Shown piece by piece: positions 6,494-18,501 of a stretch of DNA of 64,000 nt. Position 1 is the stretch's first letter. The number at the start of each line of letters is the position of its first letter. A program made the translations under genes and the position numbers. The notes under the pieces were generated by a model. It did no database searches, was not told the origin of the DNA, and worked only from the letters and a program-made list of their open reading frames with translations. The stretch spans positions 6,038-70,037 of the forward strand of contig CAYPGS010000009.1 in NCBI GenBank assembly GCA_964410395.1, in the 5' to 3' direction. This DNA comes from an uncultured bacterium (GTDB lineage Bacteria > Krumholzibacteriota > Krumholzibacteriia > JACNKJ01).

Positions 6494-9382
6494 TCAGTGG
6501 ATCACCACCACTTTCCGGGACAGGGATTCCCCGTTCACCTCGAGGCGCAGGAAATAGACGCCGTTGGCGAGCAGTTCCCCCTCGGAATTCCGACCGTTCC
6601 ACCGAAGCGTGTTGCCGCCCGGCAGCGCCCATTCATGATCCAAGGTGTTCAGGCGCCGCCCGCGGGCGTCGAAGATCTCCGCCTTGATCCGATGGGTATC
6701 CCGCAGTTCGAGTGAGAACTCGATCAGTCCTTCGCCGGCGTGGAAGGGATTCGGAAATCCCTGGCTCAGTTCGACGAAGTTCGCGTCGATGGCGCTGCTG
6801 CCGGCTCCATTGTCCAAGGCGAAACGCAGAACGGACAGTCCGCTCGACCGACAGATCAGCTTTTGGCGCTCCTCATCGTAGAAGCTGAGCAGCTGCACCC
6901 GGGAGTCGCTGAAGACCTGAAGGTTTTCCGGACCCATGCCGTCGGGAAAGACGAGGTCGCCATAGTCCCACTCGATGATCGCATCCTGGGTCATCTCGAT
7001 GGCGGGCATGATCTGGTAGACGGCGAGGTCGGGTTCCGCGTCGAGTTGCACGAGCCCCAGCAAGGGGTATTCGTCCAGGCTCCCCGCCTCGAAGTCCAAT
7101 CCCAGAAGCCCGTCGACGCTGATCAGATAGGGGCTTTCCCCGATCCCGATGGGATGCAGGCCGATGTTGTCGAAGATGCAGGTCTGGTTCCCGGCGAGAT
7201 CGCTTCCGCAGGCCTGCACGGAGAAGTCCGCGGCCCCGTGCTCGTAGAGGTACTCCGACTCCCACTGCAGTCCGTCGCTCCCCGCGACTTCGTTCACTTC
7301 GAGAATGATTCCCCAGGCGTCGGCAAAGAGATTCATGTCGACCATTTCCGGATCGAGGATTTCGGAAGCTTCGAGAAGCAGGTGGACGCTCCTCTCCTCC
7401 ACACTCATGTCCAGGCTCAGTTCGGGCGGAATCACATCGGACTCGGTGAGCTGCCCGCTCACGATGAAGGCGAAGCCCTGGGGTCCCATGGGCACGTTCT
7501 CGCCAATGACGCGGAGGGTCCAGACGCCGGTATCGGGATCGGTCACCACCACGCGTTCCACCGAGTTGAGGGGATCGCGCTCGCCGCCGGGCACGCTATA
7601 GCCGTCCGAAAACCAATTGCCCCAGTACTCCTGCCCCGAGGGCGAGGTGAGATGCAGGTCGAGATCGTTGACCACCGCCGGGTTCGCGCTGACCTCGGCC
7701 GGATAGTCCGAGAAGGCCATGGTGACCTTCAGGTCCAGGGAATCGTCGCCCACGGCGAAGGTGTAGATGCGCTCCTGGCCCGTGTTCAGACCCTCGGTGT
7801 GGCGGAAGTCCTGCAGATACTGATCGATGGGCGAATCCTCGCCGAGCTTCATGCCGAGGTTCATCTGGATGCGTCCCCAGCCTTCGCGGTCGCTGGGATA
7901 ACCGCTTACGCCCAGGAGGTCGTGGGTGGAGTTGATCAGGGTGGCCCGCATGAGGGCACCGCTGGGCGTGAAGGCATCTTCTGCCATCGGCGCGCCGCTC
8001 GGATACCAACCCTCCATGAAGTACTCGCGCATGAGCGAGGCCACGCTCACGATGGACGGGCAGGCCATGCTCGTGCCGCCCGCGCCCCGTCCGCGACAGA
8101 AGTTGGGCCAGTCCTCGGGATTGCTCGTGTAGGACTGGGCCGCGGCCCAGACCGTGCGCCCGGGGGCGTAGATCTCGGGCTTGCGCCGCCCGTCGATGGT
8201 AGGTCCCGTACCGCCGTAGCCGTGTTCCTCGAAGAAATCGAGGTCCTCCTCGGTGGCGTTCATGGTGGCGCCCACGGCCAGCACGTTCTTCGCGTTCTCC
8301 GGGGAACGCAGGGTGCTGGTGTTGGTCACGGCGAAGGCGACCATGTCCTCTTCGTTCTCGTGGCTGAACTTGTCGATGTCGTGGCAGTGCTGCGTGTAGT
8401 GGGTGTACTGGTCCTGCCCCCAGGAGTTCGTGTGCAGCCGCGATCCGTGGGAATGATGGATGCCGAGCGTCTCGTAGAGGCTGAAGCCCGTCACGTTGTA
8501 GCGCGAGGTGGCGAAACGCGAACGGAAGGCCTGGCCGCGATTGGTGGTCCAGCCGTAGAGGGGCTCGATGTCCCCGGCCAGGATGCTGGCCGTGTGAAGA
8601 CCGTGGGAGCTGAAGACATTCTGTGGGTCGATGTAGACCACCTTGCGGTGATCGGGCCCCACGGGATAGGCGTCGGGATCGTGGAAGTGGCAGGTCTCCA
8701 GCTGGAACCCTGAATCGATGTGCCCGAGGATCTGCCCCTCGCCGTCAAGGCCCAGATCCCAAACGGGCGTCAGGTCGACTTCCGCCGACTGCACGATCCA
8801 GCGCACGAAATCCAGGCGATCCTGGGCCTCGCCCACCTCGCTCAGCCATCGCAGGCCGGGCAGGGTGGTCAGGTCGGCCACGCGGCTGGCCCCGGCGCGC
8901 AGGAAAACCCGCGGGCTTTCGGCCATTTCGACTACGCGCAGGATCTGCGCTCCCCGGGCCGTGGCCCGGTCGGCGAATCGCGACGCGCTCTCGCCGGGCA
9001 GAAGCATGGCGCTCATCTCCAGTACCCGTCCGCCGCGGCCATCCAGAGCCGGATCCCGGCGCCACTCGGGCCGATAGGGATGTGCGAACTCCACCCCGGG
9101 AAGGCCGCCCTCGCGGGCTCCTACATCGCCCCGAACCAGCAGGTTGTTCACGGGCAGGTAGCCCAGGATCGTGAGGCCCGCCGATTCGAGCATCCCGCGC
9201 TCGCTCTCGCCGATGCGCCCCTCGAAGTGCATCACCCAGAGCCCGTCGTCGACCTCAGGCGGCGCCAGGCGGTCCAGATCGGCCTCGGTGAAACTGCCCG
9301 TGACCAGGTGCAGGGCACCGGGATCCAGGGCCAGGGCCGGCAGGGCCAGGATGAGCAGGGCTAGGGTGAGAACAGCGCGCAT
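6494..9382 (-). CDS. secreted subtilisin-like serine protease (peptidase S8) with T9SS-type C-terminal sorting domain
   Basis: 962 aa; signal peptide MRAVLTLALLILALPALA; catalytic triad contexts GHIDSG (Asp), HGLHTASILAG (His), GGTSMACPSIVSVASL (Ser); C-terminus ...FPNPF...IFD..GRR...W.G....GE.L.NGVYFLRLEVNGESLSRKVVVIH matches Por-secretion-tail pattern. Confidence 0.85.
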   Translation of the reverse strand: MRAVLTLALLILALPALALDPGALHLVTGSFTEADLDRLAPPEVDDGLWVMHFEGRIGESERGMLESAGLTILGYLPVNNLLVRGDVGAREGGLPGVEFAHPYRPEWRRDPALDGRGGRVLEMSAMLLPGESASRFADRATARGAQILRVVEMAESPRVFLRAGASRVADLTTLPGLRWLSEVGEAQDRLDFVRWIVQSAEVDLTPVWDLGLDGEGQILGHIDSGFQLETCHFHDPDAYPVGPDHRKVVYIDPQNVFSSHGLHTASILAGDIEPLYGWTTNRGQAFRSRFATSRYNVTGFSLYETLGIHHSHGSRLHTNSWGQDQYTHYTQHCHDIDKFSHENEEDMVAFAVTNTSTLRSPENAKNVLAVGATMNATEEDLDFFEEHGYGGTGPTIDGRRKPEIYAPGRTVWAAAQSYTSNPEDWPNFCRGRGAGGTSMACPSIVSVASLMREYFMEGWYPSGAPMAEDAFTPSGALMRATLINSTHDLLGVSGYPSDREGWGRIQMNLGMKLGEDSPIDQYLQDFRHTEGLNTGQERIYTFAVGDDSLDLKVTMAFSDYPAEVSANPAVVNDLDLHLTSPSGQEYWGNWFSDGYSVPGGERDPLNSVERVVVTDPDTGVWTLRVIGENVPMGPQGFAFIVSGQLTESDVIPPELSLDMSVEERSVHLLLEASEILDPEMVDMNLFADAWGIILEVNEVAGSDGLQWESEYLYEHGAADFSVQACGSDLAGNQTCIFDNIGLHPIGIGESPYLISVDGLLGLDFEAGSLDEYPLLGLVQLDAEPDLAVYQIMPAIEMTQDAIIEWDYGDLVFPDGMGPENLQVFSDSRVQLLSFYDEERQKLICRSSGLSVLRFALDNGAGSSAIDANFVELSQGFPNPFHAGEGLIEFSLELRDTHRIKAEIFDARGRRLNTLDHEWALPGGNTLRWNGRNSEGELLANGVYFLRLEVNGESLSRKVVVIH

Positions 9383-9386
9383 GGAA

Positions 9387-9749
9387 TCATCCTCCGGGGC
9401 TGGGTTCCGTGCTCTTGAAGAAGCCGATCAGGTTGCCTTCCGGATCGGCCACGTTGATGAAGATGGCCTCGCGGGTCACCTCTTCGCGCAGGATCTCCAC
9501 CCCGCGCTCGGCCAGCAGGCTGCGCAGGGTGATGGGATCGTCGATCTCCACGTCCAGGTAGGTGCCCTGGCCGGTGGGAGCGTCCCAATCGCCGTTTCGG
9601 GTCTCCTGCAGCCCGATGAGGAGGGCTCCGGCATCGATATAGCAGTAGCCCTTTCCCTCGTCGGTCAGATCCCAGCCGAGGGTCTTGGTGTAGAATCGCT
9701 TCATCTTGGTGTAGTGCCGGCACCGGAAGGTGACGCTGACCGCTCGCAT
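9387..9749 (-). CDS. small VOC/glyoxalase-like superfamily protein (tentative)
   Basis: 120-aa ORF immediately upstream of and co-directional with subtilase (5-bp gap); weak resemblance to glyoxalase/bleomycin-resistance fold; no strong motif. Confidence 0.35.
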   Translation of the reverse strand: MRAVSVTFRCRHYTKMKRFYTKTLGWDLTDEGKGYCYIDAGALLIGLQETRNGDWDAPTGQGTYLDVEIDDPITLRSLLAERGVEILREEVTREAIFINVADPEGNLIGFFKSTEPSPGG

Positions 9750-9888
9750 GATTCTCCTCGTTGGCTCGTCGCCGGAAAGCGTTCCCGGATACTACGCCAA
9801 GGTCCCCCCGGCATCAAGCCGTCGAGCGCTCCAAGATCCCAGGAATATTGCCGTTAAAAGGACGTGAAAAAACTCGCCGGGGTTGTGG

Positions 9889-9924
9889 ATTTCCCGGTCG
9901 ATATGCATAGATTGAACGGGAAAT
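9889..9924. promoter_or_regulatory. inverted repeat ATTTCCCG-N20-CGGGAAAT (spacer contains TATGCATA palindrome) 22 nt upstream of PFOR start; candidate operator
   Basis: Arms 9889-9896 and 9917-9924 are exact reverse complements; SD CAGGAGGA at 9933-9940; ATG 9946. Confidence 0.4.
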
Positions 9925-9945
9925 CAGGCCTTCAGGAGGATCGCC

Positions 9946-13533
<3,588 letters not shown>

Positions 13534-13535
13534 GC

Positions 13536-13634
13536 CTCCAGCTACCAGCAGCCAGCTACCAGCCGGATCCTCGCATCTCATGTGCGAATGGGAGTATTCC
13601 GGCTGAAAGCTGGCAGCTGGGGGCTGGTAGCTCA
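13536..13634. repeat. CCAGCTN-heptamer inverted-repeat hairpin element, copy A (long form with nested central hairpins)
   Basis: Left arm CCAGCTA CCAGCAG CCAGCTA CCAGCCGG (13538-13566), right arm CCGGCTGAAAGCTGGCAGCTGGGGGCTGGTAGCTC (13599-13634); between PFOR stop and ACD start. Confidence 0.85.
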
Positions 13635-13647
13635 GAAAGGAGTGACC

Positions 13648-15756
13648 ATGTACGAGTCACTGCTTTCTCCCGGCTCCATCTGCGTCATCGGCGCTTCCCA
13701 GACGCCCGGCAAGGTGGGCTACGAGATCTTCGCCAATCTGGTCGACGGCGGCTTTCAGGGAAAACTATTCCCCGTGAATCCGAAAGCCGACTCCATCCTC
13801 GGCCATGCCTGTTTTCCCGACATCTCCTTCCTTCCAGAAAGCCCCGACCTCGCGGTGATCGCGGTGCCTACGCCCGCGGTGAAGCCCGCCGTGGAGGCCA
13901 GCCACCAGAAGGGCGCCGGCGCGATCATCGTGATCACCGCGGGATTCAAGGAGACCGGTCCCGAAGGCGCGAAGCTCGAAGAGGAGATATCTCGTCTCTG
14001 TCGCGGGAAGGACGTGCCCCTCATGGGGCCCAACTGCCTCGGACTCGTGAACACGCAGCACGCCATGAACGCGTCCTTCGCCAGCCACATGCCCGAGGAA
14101 GGCGAGATCTCCGTGCTCTCGCAATCGGGCGCGTTGTGCACGGCCATCCTGGACTGGGCCGCCGGACGTCACCTGGGCCTGGCCAAGCTGGTGAGCATGG
14201 GCAACAAGGCGGGTCTGGACGAGCGCCACTTCCTTTCCGCCTTCGCCGAGGACGATGACACCAAGGTCATCGTGGGCTACCTGGAAAGCATCAGCGAGGG
14301 CGATGAGTTCATCCGCCGGGCCGAGGCCGTGGCGACGAAGAAGCCCGTGGTACTGCTCAAGGTGGGCAGCACCGAGGCCGGCGGAAAGGCGGCGAGTTCA
14401 CACACGGGTTCGCTGGCCGGAGCCGATGTGGCCTACGGCGCGGCCTTCAAGCGGGCGGGCGTGATCCGGGCGGAGAACTTCGAGCATCTCTTCGACGTGG
14501 CCACCGCCCTGGCCATGCAGCCCCTGCCCCAGGGCGACCGCGTGGCCATCATCACCAACGCGGGCGGACCCGGCATCATGGCGGCCGACGCCGTGGAGAA
14601 CGCCGGCATGACCGTGTCGAAGCTCTCCGGCGAAAGCGCCGAGGCCCTGGCCGACAAGCTTCCCGCGGCCGCCAGCGTCGCCAATCCCATCGACGTGCTG
14701 GGCGACGCCGATCCCGAGCGCTACGCCATGGCCCTGGACGTGGCCCAGGACGACGACACGGTGGACGCCATCGTCGTCATCCTCACGCCCCAGGCGATGA
14801 CCCGCCCCGCGGAGACGGCCCGGGCCATCGCCGCGCGGGTGAGGAACGAGAAGCCGGTTCTGGCGGTCTTCATGGGTGGGCGGGACGTCATGCCCGGCCG
14901 CGAGGAGCTGGTGGAGGCCAAGCTGCCCGACTACACGTCCCCCGAGCGCGCGGTGGCCGCGTTGAAGGCCATGCGCAGCTACGCCGAGTGGAGGAAGCGT
15001 CCGCCGCGCATCGTGTCGCGATTCCCCGTGAACCGGCGCCGGGTGGAGCGCATCCTCTCTCGGCAGGTTCGATCGGGACGCGTACAGGTCGGCGAAGTTC
15101 AGGCCAAGGAAATTCTGCGCGCCTACGATTTCAACGTGCCCGCCGGACAGCTCGCGACCAACGGCGATGAGGCCGTGGACATAGCCGAGCGCCTTGGGTA
15201 TCCCCTGGCCATGAAAATCGTTTCGGCGGAAATCGTGCACAAGTCGGACTTCGGCGGCGTGAAGATCGGCCTGGGTTCGGCCGATGAAGTGCGCGACGCC
15301 TTCGACCTCATGACCCTTCGCATCGGGCGGCGCATGCCCGAGGCGAAGATCGACGGGATCTACATCGAACAGATGGCGGGGCGCGGCCGCGAGGTCATCC
15401 TGGGAATGACCAGGGATCCGCAGTTCGGCCCCATGCTCATGTTCGGACTCGGCGGCATCTTCGTAGAGGTCATGAAGGACGTCACCTTCCACCTGGCCCC
15501 CATCACTCGCGATGAGGCTCTGCAGATGCTCATGGGCACGCGCTCCTACGCGCTCCTCGAGGGCGCCCGCGGACAGGGCCGCGTGGATATCGGCGCCATC
15601 GCCAAGGGCATCCAGCGCATCAGTCAGCTGGTGACCGACTTCCCGCAGATCGCCGAACTGGACATCAATCCGCTCATCGTCGGACCCGTGGGCACCGAAC
15701 CCGCCGTGGCCGACGCGAGGATCACCCTTTCCAAGGAGGGGGATGGCGATGATTGA
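13648..15756 (+). CDS. acd: acetyl-CoA synthetase (ADP-forming), fused alpha/beta subunits (acetate--CoA ligase [ADP-forming])
   Basis: ATG 13648 (MYESLLSPGSICVIGASQTPGKVGYEIF..., CoA-binding) with AAAGGAG SD; succinyl-CoA-synthetase-like and ATP-grasp regions; ORF-track start 13582 reads through the repeat element and is rejected. Confidence 0.85.
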   Translation: MYESLLSPGSICVIGASQTPGKVGYEIFANLVDGGFQGKLFPVNPKADSILGHACFPDISFLPESPDLAVIAVPTPAVKPAVEASHQKGAGAIIVITAGFKETGPEGAKLEEEISRLCRGKDVPLMGPNCLGLVNTQHAMNASFASHMPEEGEISVLSQSGALCTAILDWAAGRHLGLAKLVSMGNKAGLDERHFLSAFAEDDDTKVIVGYLESISEGDEFIRRAEAVATKKPVVLLKVGSTEAGGKAASSHTGSLAGADVAYGAAFKRAGVIRAENFEHLFDVATALAMQPLPQGDRVAIITNAGGPGIMAADAVENAGMTVSKLSGESAEALADKLPAAASVANPIDVLGDADPERYAMALDVAQDDDTVDAIVVILTPQAMTRPAETARAIAARVRNEKPVLAVFMGGRDVMPGREELVEAKLPDYTSPERAVAALKAMRSYAEWRKRPPRIVSRFPVNRRRVERILSRQVRSGRVQVGEVQAKEILRAYDFNVPAGQLATNGDEAVDIAERLGYPLAMKIVSAEIVHKSDFGGVKIGLGSADEVRDAFDLMTLRIGRRMPEAKIDGIYIEQMAGRGREVILGMTRDPQFGPMLMFGLGGIFVEVMKDVTFHLAPITRDEALQMLMGTRSYALLEGARGQGRVDIGAIAKGIQRISQLVTDFPQIAELDINPLIVGPVGTEPAVADARITLSKEGDGDD

Positions 15757-17626
15757 GGAGAAGAGCAGCATCGATCCCGCCTGGCAGGAGAAGTACGCCG
15801 ACCTGATCCTGAGCCCGAAGGAGGCGCTGGAGGGCATTCGTCCCGGACAGCGCGTCTTCGTCGGCACGGGATGCGCCCAGCCGCAGACCCTGGTCCAGGC
15901 CCTCGCGGACCGGGCCGGCGAACTGGCCGATACCGAGATCGTGCATCTGCTGACCTTCGGCGACGCGCCCTACGCGAAGAAGGAACTGGCATCGCAGTTC
16001 CGCGTGAACAGCTTCTTCATCGCCGACAACGTGCGCAGCATCATCCAGGAAGGCATGGGCGACTACACGCCCATCTTCCTGTCCGACATCCCCCGCCTCT
16101 TCAGCTCGGGACAGCTCCCTCTCGACGTGGCTCTCGTGCAGGTGACGCCGCCTGACGATCGCGGGCGCTGCAGCCTGGGCGTATCGGTGGACATCGTGAA
16201 AAGCGCCATGGCCAACGCCTCGCTGGTCATTGCCGAGGTGAATCCGCAGATGCCCCGCGTCCTGGGCAACAGCTTCGTGGACGTCTGGGATCTCGACGTC
16301 CTGGTTCCGATGGACGAGCCCGTTCTCGAACGACCTCCACGGGAGCCTGACGACCTCACCCGCAAGATCGGCGAGTACGTGGCCTCGCTGGTGGACGACG
16401 GCAGCACCCTGGAGCTCGGCATCGGGCGAATTCCCCACGCGGTGCTGGAGTTTCTCGGCGAGAAGAAGGACCTGGGCATCCACACCGAGATGCTCACCGA
16501 TGGGATCATCCCGATGATCGAATCAGGGGTGATCAATGGCAGCCGGAAGAGCCTGGACCGCGGGAAGATCGTGGCCAGCTTCTGCCTGGGCACGAAGAAG
16601 CTCTACGACTACATCGACGAGAATCCGAACATCGCCTTCCACCCCACCGAATACGTGAACGACCCCTTCGTGATCAGCCAGCAGAACAGGATGGTGGCCA
16701 TCAACGTGGCCCTCGAGGTGGATCTCACCGGACAGGTCTGCGCCGACTCCATCGGCTCGAAATTCTTCTCGGGCATCGGCGGGCAGGTCGACTTCAACCG
16801 CGGCGCCGCGCGCTCGGAGGGCGGCAAGGCCATCATCGCCATGCCCGCCACGGCACTGGCCGGCAAGAAGAGCCGCATCGTCTCGCAGCTCGCGCCGGGC
16901 GCCGGCGTGGTGACCACCCGTGGCGACGTGCACTACGTGGTAACCGAGTACGGTGTGGCCTACCTGCACGGAAAGAGCGTGCAGGACCGCGCACTGGCGC
17001 TGATCAGCATCGCCCATCCGGAGTTCCGGGCCGAGCTGCTGCGCGAGGCCATCGAGGCCAAGTACGTGAGCCCCGACAAGACGGGCGTGGAGGGACGTCT
17101 GGTGGTGGGGCCCCAGGAGCTTCGCAGCACCTACATCCTGGACGACGGAACGCCCATCGCCTTCCGGCCCATCCACCCCACCGACGAGCACAATCTGAAG
17201 GATCTCTACTACGCGCTGAGCCAGGAGACGATCTACTACCGCTTCATGCAAAATCTGAAACGGATTCCCCAGAAGCAGGTGCAGGACTTCGTCTTCATCG
17301 ACCACCGCAGCGACGTGGCCATCGTGGGCACACTGCCCGAGGCCCATGGCGAGCAGTTCGTGGCCATCGGCCGCTACTTCCTCGATCCGACTTCGAACCG
17401 GGCGGAGGTGGCCTTCGTGGTGAGGGACGAGTGGCAGAACCGGGGCATCGGCTCCTACCTGCTCAAGTCGCTCACGACCATCGCGCGGCGAAACGGTATC
17501 GGTGGTTTCACTGCGGAAGTGCTCAAGCAGAATCGCGCCATGCAGTCGGTCTTCAACAACAGCGGACTCAAGGTGAAGAGCCACCTCAAGGGCGAGGTCT
17601 GGCACTTCGATCTGGAGTTCAATTAA
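15743..17626 (+). CDS. acetyl-CoA hydrolase/transferase-family (4-hydroxybutyrate CoA-transferase-like) domain fused to C-terminal GNAT acetyltransferase domain
   Basis: 627 aa; overlaps acd stop by 14 nt; CoA-transferase signatures ...LELGIGRIPHAVL..., ...FFSGIGGQVDFNRGAARSEGGKAIIAMPAT...; C-terminal ~180 aa has GNAT motif A (WQNRGIGSYLLKSL). Confidence 0.7.
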   Translation: MAMIEEKSSIDPAWQEKYADLILSPKEALEGIRPGQRVFVGTGCAQPQTLVQALADRAGELADTEIVHLLTFGDAPYAKKELASQFRVNSFFIADNVRSIIQEGMGDYTPIFLSDIPRLFSSGQLPLDVALVQVTPPDDRGRCSLGVSVDIVKSAMANASLVIAEVNPQMPRVLGNSFVDVWDLDVLVPMDEPVLERPPREPDDLTRKIGEYVASLVDDGSTLELGIGRIPHAVLEFLGEKKDLGIHTEMLTDGIIPMIESGVINGSRKSLDRGKIVASFCLGTKKLYDYIDENPNIAFHPTEYVNDPFVISQQNRMVAINVALEVDLTGQVCADSIGSKFFSGIGGQVDFNRGAARSEGGKAIIAMPATALAGKKSRIVSQLAPGAGVVTTRGDVHYVVTEYGVAYLHGKSVQDRALALISIAHPEFRAELLREAIEAKYVSPDKTGVEGRLVVGPQELRSTYILDDGTPIAFRPIHPTDEHNLKDLYYALSQETIYYRFMQNLKRIPQKQVQDFVFIDHRSDVAIVGTLPEAHGEQFVAIGRYFLDPTSNRAEVAFVVRDEWQNRGIGSYLLKSLTTIARRNGIGGFTAEVLKQNRAMQSVFNNSGLKVKSHLKGEVWHFDLEFN

Positions 17627-17710
17627 CTTCAACTTGAACTCGAAATGAACTCCCCACCCCCATCCAACCGGTGGGGGTTCCTTCTTGTTCAAGTTCACGT
17701 TCAAGTTCAC
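17627..17710. promoter_or_regulatory. repeat-rich intergenic region: inverted GTTCAAGTT copy (17627-17639), hairpin CCCCCA-9nt-TGGGGG + T-rich tail (17657-17690, possible terminator of upstream operon), tandem GTTCAAGTTCAC x2 (17687-17710)
   Basis: All repeats read directly; lies upstream of first Cys-rich paralogue. Confidence 0.45.
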
Positions 17711-17777
17711 GTTTCTCATGATTCCGGTTCGCTTCTTGCAATTCCTCCAGCGGCACGCAATCACTGGAGGAGAATCA

Positions 17778-18356
17778 ATGCGCAAAGTACTGCTAACACT
17801 GGCACTTATGAGTATCGCCACCGTCGGCCTGGCCGATCCGGTGATCGGAATCTTTGCAGACGAGAACATGGTTTCTTGCGATACTGCCCTGATTCCTTAC
17901 GCCCCCACCATGCTCTACGTGATCGCCTACTGGACCACCGGTCCTCTGGATGACGGCATCACCGCCGCCGAGTTCAGGCTCGACGGGTTGCCCCAGAACG
18001 ACGGGTATCCCCTGGGTCAGGTCACGGTCAACCATACGACGGATCTGGTCATCGGTAACATCTGGCATGACTACTCCGCCGCCTGGTCGAATCCTCAGGG
18101 CGCGGGCGTGAGTCAGTTCACCATCTGCAGCATCGAGATTCTCATGTTCGACGCCGGCTGGGTCGGCCCGGACACCGAAGTCACCGTCTCCGCAGGATTT
18201 GACTGTGACTGCCTGGTTCTCGTGGACTCCTTCTTCGACGTGCACACCGCCGCCGGAGGGCTGTTCACCCTGAACTGTTCCGAGCCTCCCTGCGATTGCT
18301 TCCCGCCGGTCGCTACCGAGAGCACCAGCTGGAGCAATGTGAAGTCGCTTTTCTAG
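17778..18356 (+). CDS. secreted Cys-rich hypothetical protein, paralogue 1 (unknown family)
   Basis: ATG 17778 with GGAGG SD 7 nt upstream; signal peptide MRKVLLTLALMSIATVGLA; conserved blocks shared with paralogue 2: DGYPxGxVTVNHTTDLVIGxIWxDYSAAW, FTICSIE, CxCLxLVD, NCSxPPCDCFPP, TSWSxVKxLF. Confidence 0.6.
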   Translation: MRKVLLTLALMSIATVGLADPVIGIFADENMVSCDTALIPYAPTMLYVIAYWTTGPLDDGITAAEFRLDGLPQNDGYPLGQVTVNHTTDLVIGNIWHDYSAAWSNPQGAGVSQFTICSIEILMFDAGWVGPDTEVTVSAGFDCDCLVLVDSFFDVHTAAGGLFTLNCSEPPCDCFPPVATESTSWSNVKSLF

Positions 18357-18501
18357 AACGTTGCGTTTTCATTGGTTGTTTGAGGCCCCCGGCTCTTCGC
18401 CGGGGGTTTTCTAGTAATAATACTTGTCGCATTTCGTCGGCAACACTAGCCTGACACCAAACCCCTCACTGCCGCCCGGAAACTCAAACGGGAGGCAAGT
18501 G

